This document shows positions 1-13,199 of a stretch of DNA of 64,000 nucleotides, in pieces. Every line of letters starts with the position of its first letter. The first letter of the stretch is position 1. This DNA is from Takakia lepidozioides. Its lineage: Eukaryota > Plantae > Bryophyta. Both the position numbers and the translations under genes were made by a program. The stretch lies in assembly GCA_030704615.1 (NCBI GenBank), contig CM060731.1, positions 56,172,001 through 56,236,000 of the forward strand, given 5' to 3'. Below the pieces are notes generated by a model that saw only the letters and a program-made list of their open reading frames with translations, was not told the origin of the DNA and did not search any database.

Positions 1-275
1 TGACCAAACTTAGGGTTCTCATGCCGAGTTTGGAACCCTTTACAGATAACTCTATTGGCTGGGGTATTAAAATACTTTCCTACCCAAAAAAACAAGCCTG
101 GTAGGTTCCCAATCTAGGTATTGGAACTCTTCACACCAGCCAGGTCGGTTTTTCGTACAAGTGTTGATACCGTGGGTTGATAAGAGTGTTGGACCGATAT
201 ACAAGGTAAGGAATACAGGTAGGAGTATGTGTATTGAAGAACATACCAGTCGGGTATGGATGAACCATGAACCAG

Positions 276-500
276 CAGGTAGATGGTCAACTAAAGGCAG
301 CAGCTGGCGCGGTTGATAAAATCAGGCACCTCAACCATGACCACAGCTTCTGAAAGTGGATCAAGAGAGGGAGTCCACAATGCCTCTTCTGGCACTTCTG
401 GGCATGTGAAGATACTTTGTGCGGCAGACAGCCTGACAGAGGCTCTACAGACTCTAAACCAAGGAGGCATTTCAGCAGATTCAGATATGTATATCTGTCC
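276..500 (+). pseudogene. 5' fragment of a PLS-type PPR gene (N-terminal region and first repeat)
   Basis: Translates to SGTSTMTTASESGSREGVHNASSGTSGHVKILCAADSLTEALQTLNQGGISADSDMY. Near-identical to the copy at 21950-22180 (-), which continues into a clear PPR repeat (LLLKCMKMEGLEAGKQVHTHIIQSGFTTNVFLLNTLV). Confidence 0.7.
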
Positions 501-1023
501 AGAGGAACCCTTTCATAGCAGACCAACAGGAGGTCAACCATCGTCATGACAAGTGTTGGAGGATTGAATGGATTCATGAGCTTGCAAAATGTTTGATTCC
601 TCTGTGATGAATTCTCCAACCCAATTCCAAGGTCTCATTGCAATGTATCCTCCATGTGATGACCCACTAGAGCAGACCCTCGGGTTACAAGGCTGCATAT
701 AACAACACGATCAGACATTCAAACATTTGGGTGTGAAACAAATCTTTGCTCCGTGCATGTTTCTGATTCCACGGATGCTATTTGTTAGCTCATTACCTGA
801 AGCTTCGTAAGATGTAATACCCCCTTCAAGAATTTGGAGTTAGGAAGATGCAGCCTCCAACACTTAAGCTTTAAGCCCTCTCTGGCACCCTTGATCAATG
901 AAGGACTCAGGTGCAAATACAGGCTTGGGTGTACGGAACGCATACTCAAGTTCAACTCTCTAATGTTTTGGATATTCATTTGGGACTCGAGGCTTCAACT
1001 TGCAGCACACTGATTAATGCGCA

Positions 1024-4000
1024 CTAATGAGACGCAGCACGACCAAAAAAATGCTCAATTTTGAGAACTCCGTTCCTGGGAGGGCCAGCCCCTGTCACCT
1101 TGGGCCTCTTCGCTCGTTTGGACTTCACTGGAGATGCGCAAATGACCGCTGCACTCCCCTGCATCCAACAAGACCCACCCGTTTCAGCCAACATCTCTTC
1201 TAAAGTCTTATCACTTACAGCAGAAGTTCAGTGAAAGGTGGGAGTAGACTTCTCGTTTCATAACGAGGGTATGTCTGAGCTTGCAGAGCGAAGGTCGATC
1301 CATTTCCTGTGAAGGAATATACAAATTTGAAGAGTACAACTTCGCAATCATGCCAAAATTCATATAATCCCCAGGTAAGGTAGCATATTTGAAAAGTTGT
1401 CATGAAACATTCTAGCTCACAACTCACCAGAGAGAGGCGGGGAGGTTTCAAGACAGTAATGCGACCACCCCGTCCATCAGCTCCAGACATAATGAAGCTA
1501 CCTCTTACACTGTTTCCATTTGCCTCCCCCCTTTGTGCAGCTTTTCCAAAGCCCATCAACCCTAAACCTGCTAACCCTAGTCCCCCAATCGAGTGCGTCG
1601 ATCTGTCAATGCTTGTTGATGACTTAGATACAAGTGCGGTAGCAGCGTCCTCTTCCATTCCTGGGCCAGAAGGAATAACTGAGTGGCTCTGTTCCGCCTC
1701 TCCACCATCTGTTACAGACTGACAATGAGAACTGGCACCAGTTCCCATGGCTTGCACTGACACTTGTAAATCACTGAAAAACAGAACTTCCACAACCTTG
1801 CAATGGCGTAAAGGACAAGCTCTTACATCGGTCTACACTGGGAAGGAGACAAAGAATGACTCTAGTAAGGGCAGAGTTCAGAAATTGAGAAACAGAATTA
1901 GGCCATAGAAATTGGTTTGACAGGCACTTACTTTTGGAGGATGACCCTGATGCCATCAACCCTGCTGTGAAATCTGCCTCTCGTCTCATAGGTAGTTTCA
2001 AGGTATCTTTAACGGTCCCACTCACCATTTCTTTCTCTTCCATAGGTGAGGAATAATCTTCCATCCAGTCACGAGTCACTGGTTTTGTGAAGTGTTCCTC
2101 TATTTGCAAACTCCAGCCCTTCCTCACCTCTGCTGCTTCAGCTCTTAGGGGCAAACCAGGTGGTCTTACAGTGAGGATAGAATCAAAACCTGTAGCCGTG
2201 GTCGCACCAGGGGGTGCTTCTTTCACTTCAGATGGTTGATTTTCTCTACTGATAGTTTCTTCAGGAGAAACACCCATACTAACGTGCCACTCCCCTTGAT
2301 CCTCCCTAAATAGTTCCACCCTCCCTACTCCAGCTTGCTGTCCATGCTCCATAGAAATTTGGTCATGTTCACTAATATCTGGCCACTGTTGCAAGCCATT
2401 TTTTCCAGTGCCAAATGAGCAGCTAGAATTGATGCCAATTACCTGCCCACCCACTCCAGCAGCCATTGTCAGCATATGGTTTTGTTCATGAATTGCCTGG
2501 TAAAGCTTGCCTGCTACTGAATCTTTTCACTTGGAAGTGGACCAGTGCAATTGACATCTGTCACGAGTCATCAACACTGATGAAATTATCACCAAACATA
2601 TCGACCTATCAACAGAGAAAAGGAATTGTCACTTGATAAATAGTGGTCACCTTAGACCAATCTCCTGTCCGCAAGGCCGAGTCTGTTATTGCCCCTTTCT
2701 GCATGTTGATGATGCGGCTTCGAGAAAGGGTGCTGAAGCTGCCTGGCCCTTCATTTGCCAAGATTTTGTGTGTGTAGGAGGGACCCAATTCATTCTGGTG
2801 TCCCAAGGGTTTCCCCTGAGTTTCTTGATATGGGTGTGGGTTCTGCTTGCTCAGGGACCGCAAGTGAGCGTTCTCTTTATCCTCTGAAGCTTTTTCAAGC
2901 TCCTGCACCCTTGCCTGCTTACAACAAATACACAGCTGTTAAGAATTTGATATAGACCAAAAGACCAATGGATCTGACTAGAGCTTTCTAAAAGTACAAC
3001 ATGTTGCAGAGCCAATCAAGTACCAGTCCAAGACCGTACTCAACAAAATCCCAAGGCCTTCACATGGCTTCAGTGAAGGCACCCCATAGACACAAACAGC
3101 AGATTGGCACTTCTATGGGCACTTTTGCTGCTGAAGTTGCCTTCACGACCAGAAAAGTTTGATTTTACACCTTTAACAATCATAGGAAATGTGGTTGGGG
3201 AAAAATGCTCACGATCCCTCCAACTCCAAGACTCTAAAGTGCTACTGCGGTGATTGAAATGTTCAATGAGGGAACAAAACCTTCAGTCGCCTCAGGTGCT
3301 CGGCAGCTTTTTCATACTTGCGAAGAGCCCGGCTCTCCCCCAAGCCAAGTTCATTGCATCGACCCATCAGCTCCTTGTAAGACCTAACACAGTGCCAAAA
3401 GTTAGTTCACATATCAGATATAGAACTTGAGCTTTAAAAGGGCAACACCACTTTGAAAAACTCCAAGAACAGAAAACCACAGCACATCCATTAGTGTTCC
3501 TGAAAAGACTCGCATCAAAGCCTGTTTTGCTTCAAACACCCATTTTCAGCTGAGGGAGATGGAACAATACTTGTTCCGAAGGAGAAGAGACTTGGTCAGT
3601 ATGTCAACAATGTTGTTCTTGTGTGATCCATTTCCCACATTTGCCAACCTTAGAACATCCTCTTCTCCCAAATCTGCATCAGCAGCCCTGCCATACCATG
3701 TAATGTTGACCGTAGTCACTTAACAGTGATATATATTGGCCTTTCGTCCAGTATTAAGAAATTTTTCTGATGGCTAAAAACCAGAGAGTGTAGGAGCCTA
3801 ACCTCCTCAATGTTACATCTGAGAACCTTCAGTGCATGACAAAACGAATTCCAACTCATACTGCTGCCAGGAGCTCACGTGAAAGATGAAACTGGGTAAT
3901 GCCCAATAGAGCAATCGATAGAAAACAAACACCCTCAAATGGCTTGGTTACTTGTTCAAGCTACATAGCAAGGACTACGTACAGCTTGTGAGCTGCAAGG

Positions 4001-6496
4001 TCACTGGACATGGCATTATTGCTCTCTAGCAACTTGCAGCGTTCGGCAGAGCAACGCTTCAGCTCCTACACACCCTTTCACAGACTCAGTCCCATGCTCA
4101 CCTCCAAAAAGAAAACATGAAAGAGGAAATTGTCTCAAAAAACATCTAGTTAAGGCATGAGTATGTCTTGGAGCTAACATGGTATATCCTGGAGTTGTCA
4201 GCTTTTAAAGTTAGTTTTCAGCATGTGACATTGAAAGTTTCAAATTCACAATCATGTCCCTGCAAACTTTGTAAGCCTCTGTGGAGTGATGGTCATATGT
4301 TCTGTCAACTGCATGAGAAAAGAAAGAGATTGCCTCCTGAGTTCTTGAGAGAGCAACTTTGCACTGTGCGCTCTCCCTATTGGCCTCCACTTGTGCTGCC
4401 TGAGCTTTTTCTGCTTGAAGTACCTGGGCTGCAATCTGTGAAAACCAAATTCGGAAAAGCACACCTTGACATCAGACAAAATTAAATTTGCAACTTCAAT
4501 AGAGGGTGGCCATCCTGCACAGCCTGCACAGGCAGCAAATAACGCAATTTAATAAACCACCTTTACTTATGTCTGTCTCTCTCTGGTCTCTTTGGTGACT
4601 ACGTTGATTGTACTGACTCAGAGCCCCAATTGGTCACTGTTTTGCAGTGCAGCCAGAATGCCAAAATCAGCTTTATGCCTTGTAATGTGATGCCTATGCC
4701 GCCTCAGCAACGTTTGCAATCTGGGGCCAAGTTTCATATCATGGGTCAAAACCCAATGATTAGTTCCAAGAGGTTTGGTACCCCAATATTCCCAAGGTTA
4801 TCATTTGCAAAACACATACACATTGCAATCAGAGAGAAACTACCAACCTGAATATCCAGCTCTTTTTGCTGCTCCTTGTGTGCTAGCAGAGCAGCCTTAG
4901 CAAGGGCCAACTGCCCTTCCAGCTTCTCAACTGCTGGAGAAACAACCTGAGCCTATACACGTAAGAACCATTTAGATTTGGTTCAGTCACATTACAAGCA
5001 TTTTCCGCATAGATGAACCTGTCTTGTCTGTGACTGATAAAGTAGCGAGTACTATGTAGTGAAAAATGCACATCTTGCTCCTCAGTGCACCTATGGGGAG
5101 GTCTGAAAAACCTGCAGCAGTTCATTTCCACTTGCATACTTGGTTGCGTATTTAATGTGGTGTGCAGTCCTTTGTTTACACAAGATTGACTTGTAGTATT
5201 AGGGTACCTCTCTCGTTCCTTCTTTCCTTCATTCTTTCACTCAGTCGTAAGATCTTTGAGCTTCCCCAGGACGTTATAAAGTTTCTTTCATTTCATTTCT
5301 TTCTTTCACCTGATTATTGTCGCTGTCTGGAAGGGATTGCCGGGGTGCTTGTGGTGGGCTGTGGAACTGAGATGGATCGACCCCTGCCGATTGAAAGTAA
5401 AGGCGATGCACATCACTGCTCCCGCATGACTGCTTGCAAAGAGGACATGTTGGTTTCCGTCCAGCTGGGCAATACTCCATCCATTGTTGCAGACTGTTCA
5501 CACGCACACCATACAAACACAAGCTTAATGCCAACATTCTGGTCGTGCCGACGCCTCCAACTTGTTTGTAGGGCAGAGCGCTAAGGGAATACAGCCCAAC
5601 CCACCAGAACTAAGCTATAGAAACCTAGTGAGAGTACAGCGGTGTGAAATGCGACTATACGTGGTGGAGGATATCGTCCTGGGGTTCGGAGGTTTAGCCC
5701 TAGTGACTATGTTTACCTGGTGACTATGTTTATTTGCAGCCCGCCCCCTTCCTGTCTACCAGGAAAATGGCTCCATTCAAACAAGGCCAATATTATGGTT
5801 TTGCGAGTATGACAGAAGATGGGAAGACTTTGTCCGCAACAGCTTAACGAGCAAGTTGTCGTCGACCAGAAGCTATGATCCAGGCTTAACTGCATGTAGA
5901 AACAGAGGTAGAGAGCGTCTTGACTTGATTTTGTACCCTCTAGTCGTCACCAGTCTGCAAGCCAACAAACTGGGCTCTTTGACACAGAATCTCTGACCAA
6001 CCGAGAGGGAAAATCATGGCCGATTTATGTCAGTTCATGCTGGGTTGATGGCGGCTGGGTGACACCCACAAAAACACATTCTAAGACTCCTCATTACAAT
6101 GGCTAGCCGAGTGTGCGGGACACGGAGTAGAGAGTCAGCCAGCCCTAGACTGTTGCAGTATGAATGTGGGAAACCAATTGAACCATCGTGATGCTTCTAA
6201 CTAAAGGAACTGCCGGCTGCTGATGCCCACTCGAGATGTGAGTTGCCCATATGCATAATCCTACACGGAACTCATACAAGCAGTGATTTCAAACATCCCC
6301 CACCAAAGAGCGATTGACCAAGAAGTCTCGGTGCTTCACTTCTATCCATCAATTGCATTCGCCAACACTTTCACGAGAATGGCCCTTGGTCTTACCAAAG
6401 CTCATGGAAGACATGGCCACAGACAGAGATTGATTGCAGGTATTCGCAGGCGGGTCGTACATCCTCGTAGCAGATGGCGCAAATCACCCCACTCAT
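1024..6496 (-). CDS. TRAIP: TRAIP-like (TRAF-interacting protein) RING E3 ubiquitin ligase, multi-exon, apparently intact
   Basis: Manually spliced exons: 6496-6396 (MSGVICAICYEDVRPACEYLQSISVCGHVFHEL), 5493-5310 (CLQQWMEYCPAGRKPTCPLCKQ..VHRLYFQS), 4946-4848 and 4435-4334. Further exons lie near 4065-3982, 3687-3570 (DLGEEDVLRLANVG..DILTKSLLLRNK), 3382-3281 (SYKELMGRCNELGLGESRALRKYEKA), 2915-2650 and 2510-1932, then ~1760-1425 (GADGRGGRITVLK). The last exon, ~1200-1024, ends LKIEHFFGRAASH*. RING, coiled coil and C-terminal motifs match plant TRAIP homologues. Internal 3' exon boundaries are approximate. Confidence 0.85.
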
Positions 6497-8654
6497 TTCT
6501 CTGACCCCCACGTAAGTCCACACACACAGAATGCTGAACGTACTACAATAAGAAACTAAGTAAACCCATCAGGTTGACTCCGTCACAATGCAAGGATTCT
6601 AAGCCCGGGCCACCGAGCTTCTGCATTTGTTCGTTCCCGGGTGGATGCTTTGCCGCCATTTCGGTAGCCTTACTCGCTATTCAAATCTCTTTGTCTGCCT
6701 CCATCTTTCTACACTACTTTCTTGTGTCCGGGAAAACCCCATTCCGCAGATTCCATGTGTTTTGTTTTGTTTTTCGTTTATTTTTCCAGAAAAGGGGGAT
6801 TGTAGCCCTTTTTAATTTTATTGCAAAGGTAAGGGCCAAAAAATAAAATAAAATAAAATAACCTTACCTAGAGCCATGAGGCTAAGAAAAGACTCATTCC
6901 TCCAAGCTTTGATAGTATGACCTACTAACAAGGATTTTTATGGTATGGGAGTTGGCCAGCATATAAGTTCCTTTGTTGGAGGGGTGTACATCAAGTTCGC
7001 TTTGGGGTTTCAGTCCCTAGCCTCCACTTTTTTCCAGCAATGCAAACTACCACTAGTCACCGCAAGTGACTTCAAGTACCAATATGCAAGGGCTGGACTT
7101 TTGGAGGATTCTGAGAATCTCAACATACCGGAGGAAAGTTGCAGGCTGATTGAGACCCACGCCCATGGCAAGAAATTCATAACCCATGCGGCGAAGCCTA
7201 CCCCCTTGGGATTCATACATATGTTATACCCAAACTGAGGTATCGAGCCCTAAGAACCTGATTAGGGGAGGGTGGCCAGGTGGCGCCTCTCGGCGACCTC
7301 CGTACCTACATTTAAGGGCGCACTTGCGCGTTACCTGTCCCTTTGATGCATTAATGGGCCCGTAATTAGTTTTGGCTGAGGTACCGGGTAGGTACTTTGA
7401 CGGCCCTGTTTGTCTTTTTGCAAAATGGCACCCGATATTGCAGTACATACAATGCGGAGTGCTTTGCTCCATTGGCCACGTGTTTGAATTCAAACACTTT
7501 ACCGTCTTCATCTGTCCGCGTGGCATATTCTCCAAGATTGACTTCCAAACTGTCTTTGCACTTACCGGCCACTTTTCTGACGTATAAGTCTGAGTGAACC
7601 TTGCACAACAGTTTCTGCATACATATGGGCTTCTTTTGATAATACAAAGCACAACGCAATTTCCAGATGTGCCAGAGGGTAATACCCCTAAGGGACTCCC
7701 AAACCAAACAGGATAAGTAAGATCTACCACCGTTATCATTTAGAAGTAAAGTGGCCTTAGAGACAGCTAAGACTGGATTCCAATTGGCATAGAAGAGAAG
7801 AATGTGTCTCCATACTGCATTTGCGAAGGGATAGGAAACAAAACAATGCTCAAGGATTTCCAAAGTTTGAAGATTGCACGAATTGCAATGAAACGGGGAA
7901 TCAGAGAAGAAGGCTCCAACGGGAGGATTCTGTTAACCAATCTCCAAAGAAAGGCAGAGATCTATGTTTCTTCCATATATCTACCCATACTGTCTTCCAA
8001 AAGCTATGAAGACCTGCAATGTGACTCCATTTGCTCAATGCCCACTTGTTATCAAAACTTTGAGTAGGCATCTGTAGATCAAACTGTAGCAATGATAGAG
8101 GAGCAGAAAGAAACCAAAGAAGGTGTTTTGAGAATAATGATGAATGTCCGATGGAGGAGTAGGGCTGACTTTTCCAGAGACAGAGCAGAAAACCCTGATT
8201 GCAAAGAAAGAGGCATCTGCAAGCAGAGTCTCTGGAGAAGGATCAAACAGAGCCCCGTCCGGGCGAAGTCCGAAGCAAAGACCTTCCACATGGATCCCTT
8301 CAAGTGATTGCGCAAACATGGCCTGGGGCAGCGAGTTCCTGCAGAAGCCAAGCCAAAGCGGATACTGAAAGTATCTCTGCTGCGACAACAAATGCAACCA
8401 TCGGGGAGGCAAGTCACCCATTTATACTTTCTCCCAACCTAAGGTAACTCTCCTAGTGGAAAACCCCGTAGCAGCAGTGTCTTGCGAAATGAATGAATCA
8501 GAAGCAATATCCCAACAATGAATTTGATGGGAGAGTCCAGCAGCTTCCCAAAAAGCCCAACGTTCCCCGCAATGAATCAAAGCCTCGGAGTCCCGATTAA
8601 AATTACCAAAGAGGTGTTGCCTTATAACTTCTTTGAAGGTGGTAGGACTGGTTT

Positions 8655-10430
8655 CAACGACGCAACGGCGTGAGCCTTGTGCGTGAGCGTACGCTCACGC
8701 AGGAGTGACGTGGCGTGAGCGTGCACCAATGCTGACATGGCGACAAATGCTAACGTGGCGTTGCGTCGTCATCTGCCACGTCAGCATAAACATGCAGCGT
8801 CTATATCCGAGGATGGTCCTATGATCGTGGGATTAATCCAGGCAATCGTTGGCTGAATACAATGAAGACTACCATCAAACACCCGAAATGGGAAATAAGC
8901 CTACAATTGTGGCATCCATTCCACAACATTGTGCAATTAAAATTGTAAGTTTCACTATTACAATTACAATGACGACAAAATAACCTCACAATGTGAGTGC
9001 CATAGAGGCTGCCACGGGAAGACCATGGGAAACCATCTTGACGTCCAAAGATGCCATGATACATAAGTTCTAAGAACTTGCCATACAGAGCACACGCCAA
9101 ATACCAAAACAGAACAAAAGTGATGATCGTTGACGATCATTACGACCTCTACCAAAATGCCGAATCAGAGCAAAAAAAATAAATAGAGTAGAAGTGATGA
9201 TCGGTGCCGATCATTACTTCTGCTCTGTTTTTCTTTTTTTTTGCCGGTATTTTTTCAAAAACACAAAAACACAAAAAAAAAAAAAAAAAAAAAAACAGAG
9301 CATAAGTGATGATCGGTGCTGATCATCACTTACAGTGCTTAAAGATTTTGCAAAGTATTTTTCATGTCGGCCAGAAATGTGGTTCACATTGTTTTGTTTT
9401 CGTGTTTGAGTCTTGCATCTTTCCCCCCTTGCAAAGTTAGTTGTTCATCAAAACATGATCTTAAGGTTGGAAGAAGTGATGATCGGCACCGATCATCACT
9501 CAAACTGTTATGTGTTTTTGCAGAGAAATCTTCATTTCACCCAAAAATGTGAATTGCATTTGCTTTCGTGTTTCAGTCCTACTTTTCCCCGATTGAAACT
9601 GAAATCTTCAAGAAAATGTGATGATCGGCGGCGATCATCACATTTAGACCTTCTTCAGGGTGGTACTTGTGAGGTAGTAGAATTCCCATCAGCAGTCACT
9701 CTCTACAGGGAATGTGATGATCGACGCCGATCATTACATTCTCATGTTTTGTGAATTGACATGTTGGGAATTGCATTGCACGTGGGAGTAGACATCCCAG
9801 ATCCGGAGTTATGAATTTTTTGGACTTGGATGTAGAGGATGCGCGGATATGTTATGATGAGTCCAAGTCAGATTGACTTTTAAAGTTTTTATGTACTCTT
9901 TCTTCATCCTCATAAAAGTATTTTGACTTGTTGCGACTGTTCATTTATCCCAAGTACGAACGGAATGACTAATTACAAAACACACATTCATGGGTTGACA
10001 TGGCCCCACATGATATTGAAAGACAAGAAATCCAACAAAGTTCGAAATTGCTTTCAGGGAAAAAAACTACATCAATCCATCGTAGTGTTCGCACTCATTC
10101 CCATTACATTCATCCATCCTGCATTCATGAATCGCATTGTTTGCACTCATCCATGTTATATTCATCCATGCTGCATTCATTCATCCTATATTAATCTAAT
10201 CGATCGGCTAGATGTTAAAGATGTAGTTTGCAATGACTGGAAAGGGTAAAACATTCCGCGGAAATAGGCACCTACCTTCTGTCCACGGTTATAGGTCCAT
10301 GTCTTCTGAAATGACGTGGCGTCAACCATGCTGGCGAGGACTGCTGACGTGTCGTGACACCCGTGAACCAACATGGCGACAACTGCTGACGTGGCGTGAG
10401 CCTGACTGCGCTCACGCGGAGGCATTCCCC
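8655..10430. mobile_element. Non-autonomous DNA transposon (probable Mutator-like) inserted in the L1
   Basis: Flanked by a 9-bp near-direct repeat, gactggttt (8646-8654) and gattggttt (10431-10439). Removing it rejoins the L1 reading frame (WCKMHPFLSQT-SPTTFKEVIRQHLFGN). Both ends carry clusters of TGACGTGGC and GCGTGAGC motifs. Confidence 0.65.
9119..9741. repeat. Array of six ~26-40 bp palindromes, consensus AGTGATGATCGG-NN-CCGATCATCACT
   Basis: Copies at 9119-9143, 9185-9226, 9303-9332, 9475-9500, 9614-9645 and 9710-9741, separated by largely non-repetitive spacers. Confidence 0.9.
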
Positions 10431-11873
10431 GATTGGTTTGAGAGAGGAAGGGATGCATCTTACACCAAGCACACCAGATCAACTGCCAAGCAAGCTGGGC
10501 ACCAATAGCAGGGGATAGTCCACAAATTGGAATTGCCTCCCTGGACGATCCATCTCAAGGAAGCAGGCCAAAGAGTACTTGAGTGAGGTATAGCGGCAAC
10601 AATGTGGTATCTGACAACATGGCTCCAAGGACTTAGCTGATGGAGATTTTCTAGCATAGTTGAGCCCAACTGACCAGAGCCCGCTTGTTGGAGGATGCTT
10701 TTGTAGCCCCCCAAAATAAAGTTCCGCATCAAGGCTTTGATATGCAATCAAGGCAGAACCTAGGGACCAAACAGAAGAAATGAAGAACCCTGCCCACTAT
10801 CGAAAGATGAAGAGAGCTCCACTATGAGAGTTTCCTTCTGAGCTTAGCAAGGACTGGTGCAAAGCAAACCCGAGGTCATGGCCAACTTGCAGCCCTAAAA
10901 ACATATGAGCTTCTCCATTAGCAAGCCGACCAAGCCAAAATCGAGACCCCAAGTGGAACAGTGAGCAGCACTGGACAGATCAGATAGGCTAGATAGTAAA
11001 CCAACAAATTTTTCCCAGCTATTTTCAGCCCTGAAGCAGAGCAAAAACTAGAGAGAGATTGAGAGAAGCAGTCACATTAAATTAAGAACTGTTGTCTATA
11101 AACAAGGTAGTGTCATCCGCATAAAGCGACGACCTAATGGAAGAGGAAGCAGCAGAAGACAAAGCTGGAGAATTTGGAATAATAAGGCCTTAGGAGTCTT
11201 GTCTATTATCCATAAGGTGCCCCAACCCGTCGGCTGCAAAGAGGAAGAGAAGGCGCAAGAGGACACCCTTGCCTCACGGATTTGAAAAGCGGAAAAGACT
11301 TAGAAATGATTTTGTTAATGATAACCCTACTGGAAATTGAAGAGAGAAGGATATGATCCATTTAAGGAAAGGGCCATGGATACCAAAAGCTTTGAGGCCT
11401 CCAAGTAAATAATCCCAATTGATATAGTCAAAGGCCTTTTCGAAATCTAGCATGAGCATTGCTAGAGGCTAGTTGTTTGAATGAGCAAGATTTATCGCCT
11501 CATTAGCTAACAAAATATTGTCAAGGATCATGCGCTTCTTCAAGAAACCAGTCTGTTCTGGCCGGATCGTCTTGTTCAGTAAGGGCTACAGCCTTTTAGC
11601 AAGAGTGTTTGCAATAAACTTGTAGAAGCGTTATAGGCCTGTAGTTAGCAAGGTTGTTGCGATCACCCCTTTTGTGGATCAGCGTTATAATCCCTTGCGA
11701 GATTTGCGAAAGCATGATTCATTTCTCAAGGACATCATTTGCCATTGCAAGAAAATCGACTCCACTCCCAGACCAAATACCTCTGAAGAATTCAATTAGG
11801 AGACCATCGAGCCCATAAGTTTTCATAGGACTAAGGGCTTCCAAGGCCTCTAATAACGTTATTAACGTAACTG

Positions 11874-11949
11874 CCCGATACCTTATCTAAATCATTTTCC
11901 AATCTTGAGTTAACTCAAGATTGAAAAATGATTTAGATAAGGTATCGGG
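11874..11949. repeat. 76-bp near-perfect palindrome near the edge of an AT-rich insertion (~11850-12680) in the L1
   Basis: cccgataccttatctaaatcattttccaatcttgagtt followed by aactcaagattgaaaaatgatttagataaggtatcggg; one mismatch, no loop. Confidence 0.9.
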
Positions 11950-13199
11950 AAGTTGTAGGATTGGGTGGATCAAAAGCGACACATGTTGAGTCCATTGGAA
12001 GTCCATGGGAATTTTTTTTTGAGTATATTGCTTTCAGTTTATTTTAAAAAAAATAGATAGTGGTATACATAACATTTCTAGGTAAGAGTCCCTCCTCAAA
12101 TATTGAAAACATTATTTACTAGATATTTTAATCTTTAATTTGAAAAATATATTTAAACGTCAAAATCTAGAGTTTACAACCATTTGTCCATATACCTGGC
12201 ACCTCTAGATTATAGGTTTTTATGCATTTTTAGTAAAAGACGACACCTCAAAAACCCAAAATATAAGATGCTATGGACTAGAGCAAATCAACCTGTTTTA
12301 GGTGCAAAATAATCCATAGCTCTCAATTCCTAGGATAACTAGTCCATATAAAAGTCGATGTGGGTTGGATTTAAAAATGGCACCCCTAGTGTGTTTTCCT
12401 TTGTGCCATTGTATGAGTGTACATATGATGTTTTTTAATCGATAAGATTTTATGTGTAACATCTGCACGCCACATTAATCAACTTTAAAAGTCCATGGCT
12501 CTCTGGTACATGATTGTTTTGCAATCTAACAATTGATACATTAGTTAGAAACCCTACACCATATAAATTTAGATGAAATAGTGAGTTGTTGGACAAATAG
12601 GGTAAAACCATGGAGGGAGGTCATTGTAGAAACTGTCATGTTACGCAAAAACTAAGATACCCAATCCTGCAAATACCCTATTTTGCTCAGCAACAAATAT
12701 GGGGATAGGGAAAGAACTAAGGACCTCAGCTTTATGAATAGAGGAAGAAGGATCCAAGGCAGGCCTGACAATTAAGGAAGCATAATGTTTAGCATCCACG
12801 GACACCATGTCGCGTAGATTCGAGCAAATATGACCTAAAGAATCCGTAATGGAAGAAAAGATAGTAGCATCCCTCCTTTGTCGCATTTTTTGATACCCAT
12901 TCATCTTCTCTCCATTCACCGACCAATTAACACCAGCTTTGATACGAAGAAAAGTCTCCTTGTCTGCAGATAAGGACTCCAAATTACGTTTGGCAATATG
13001 GTACGAATACATAGTAAAGGGCTGAATTTACTTTTTTCGAGCCGCAACAGACAGTGATTGAGGCATTTGAGAAGCACTTTCTCTCTTTGCGATCTAGCAA
13101 AAGCTCAAACACGAGAAAGACTAGAGAAGATTCCGGCCACAGTCAGCGTAACTAAAAGCCACTTCGCCTCGCAGCTACTGCTTTTTTCAGGGGTGGGCC

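Larger units (their letters stand above)
6880..13150 (-). mobile_element. Degenerate L1-type LINE ORF2 (RT and zf-RVT), fragmented by nested insertions
   Basis: MLDFEKAFDYINWDYL (11459-11400), RQGCPL and SLYADDTT-like RT motifs (~11280-11110), and the C-terminal zf-RVT region (EILEHCFVSYPFANAVW..LWHIWKLRC, 7863-7600). Many stops and frameshifts. Confidence 0.8.

Noticed and set aside
9119-9741. CRISPR array interpretation of the spaced palindromes
   Set aside because: Eukaryotic context, irregular and mostly long spacers, variable repeats, no cas genes, and location inside a TSD-flanked transposon.
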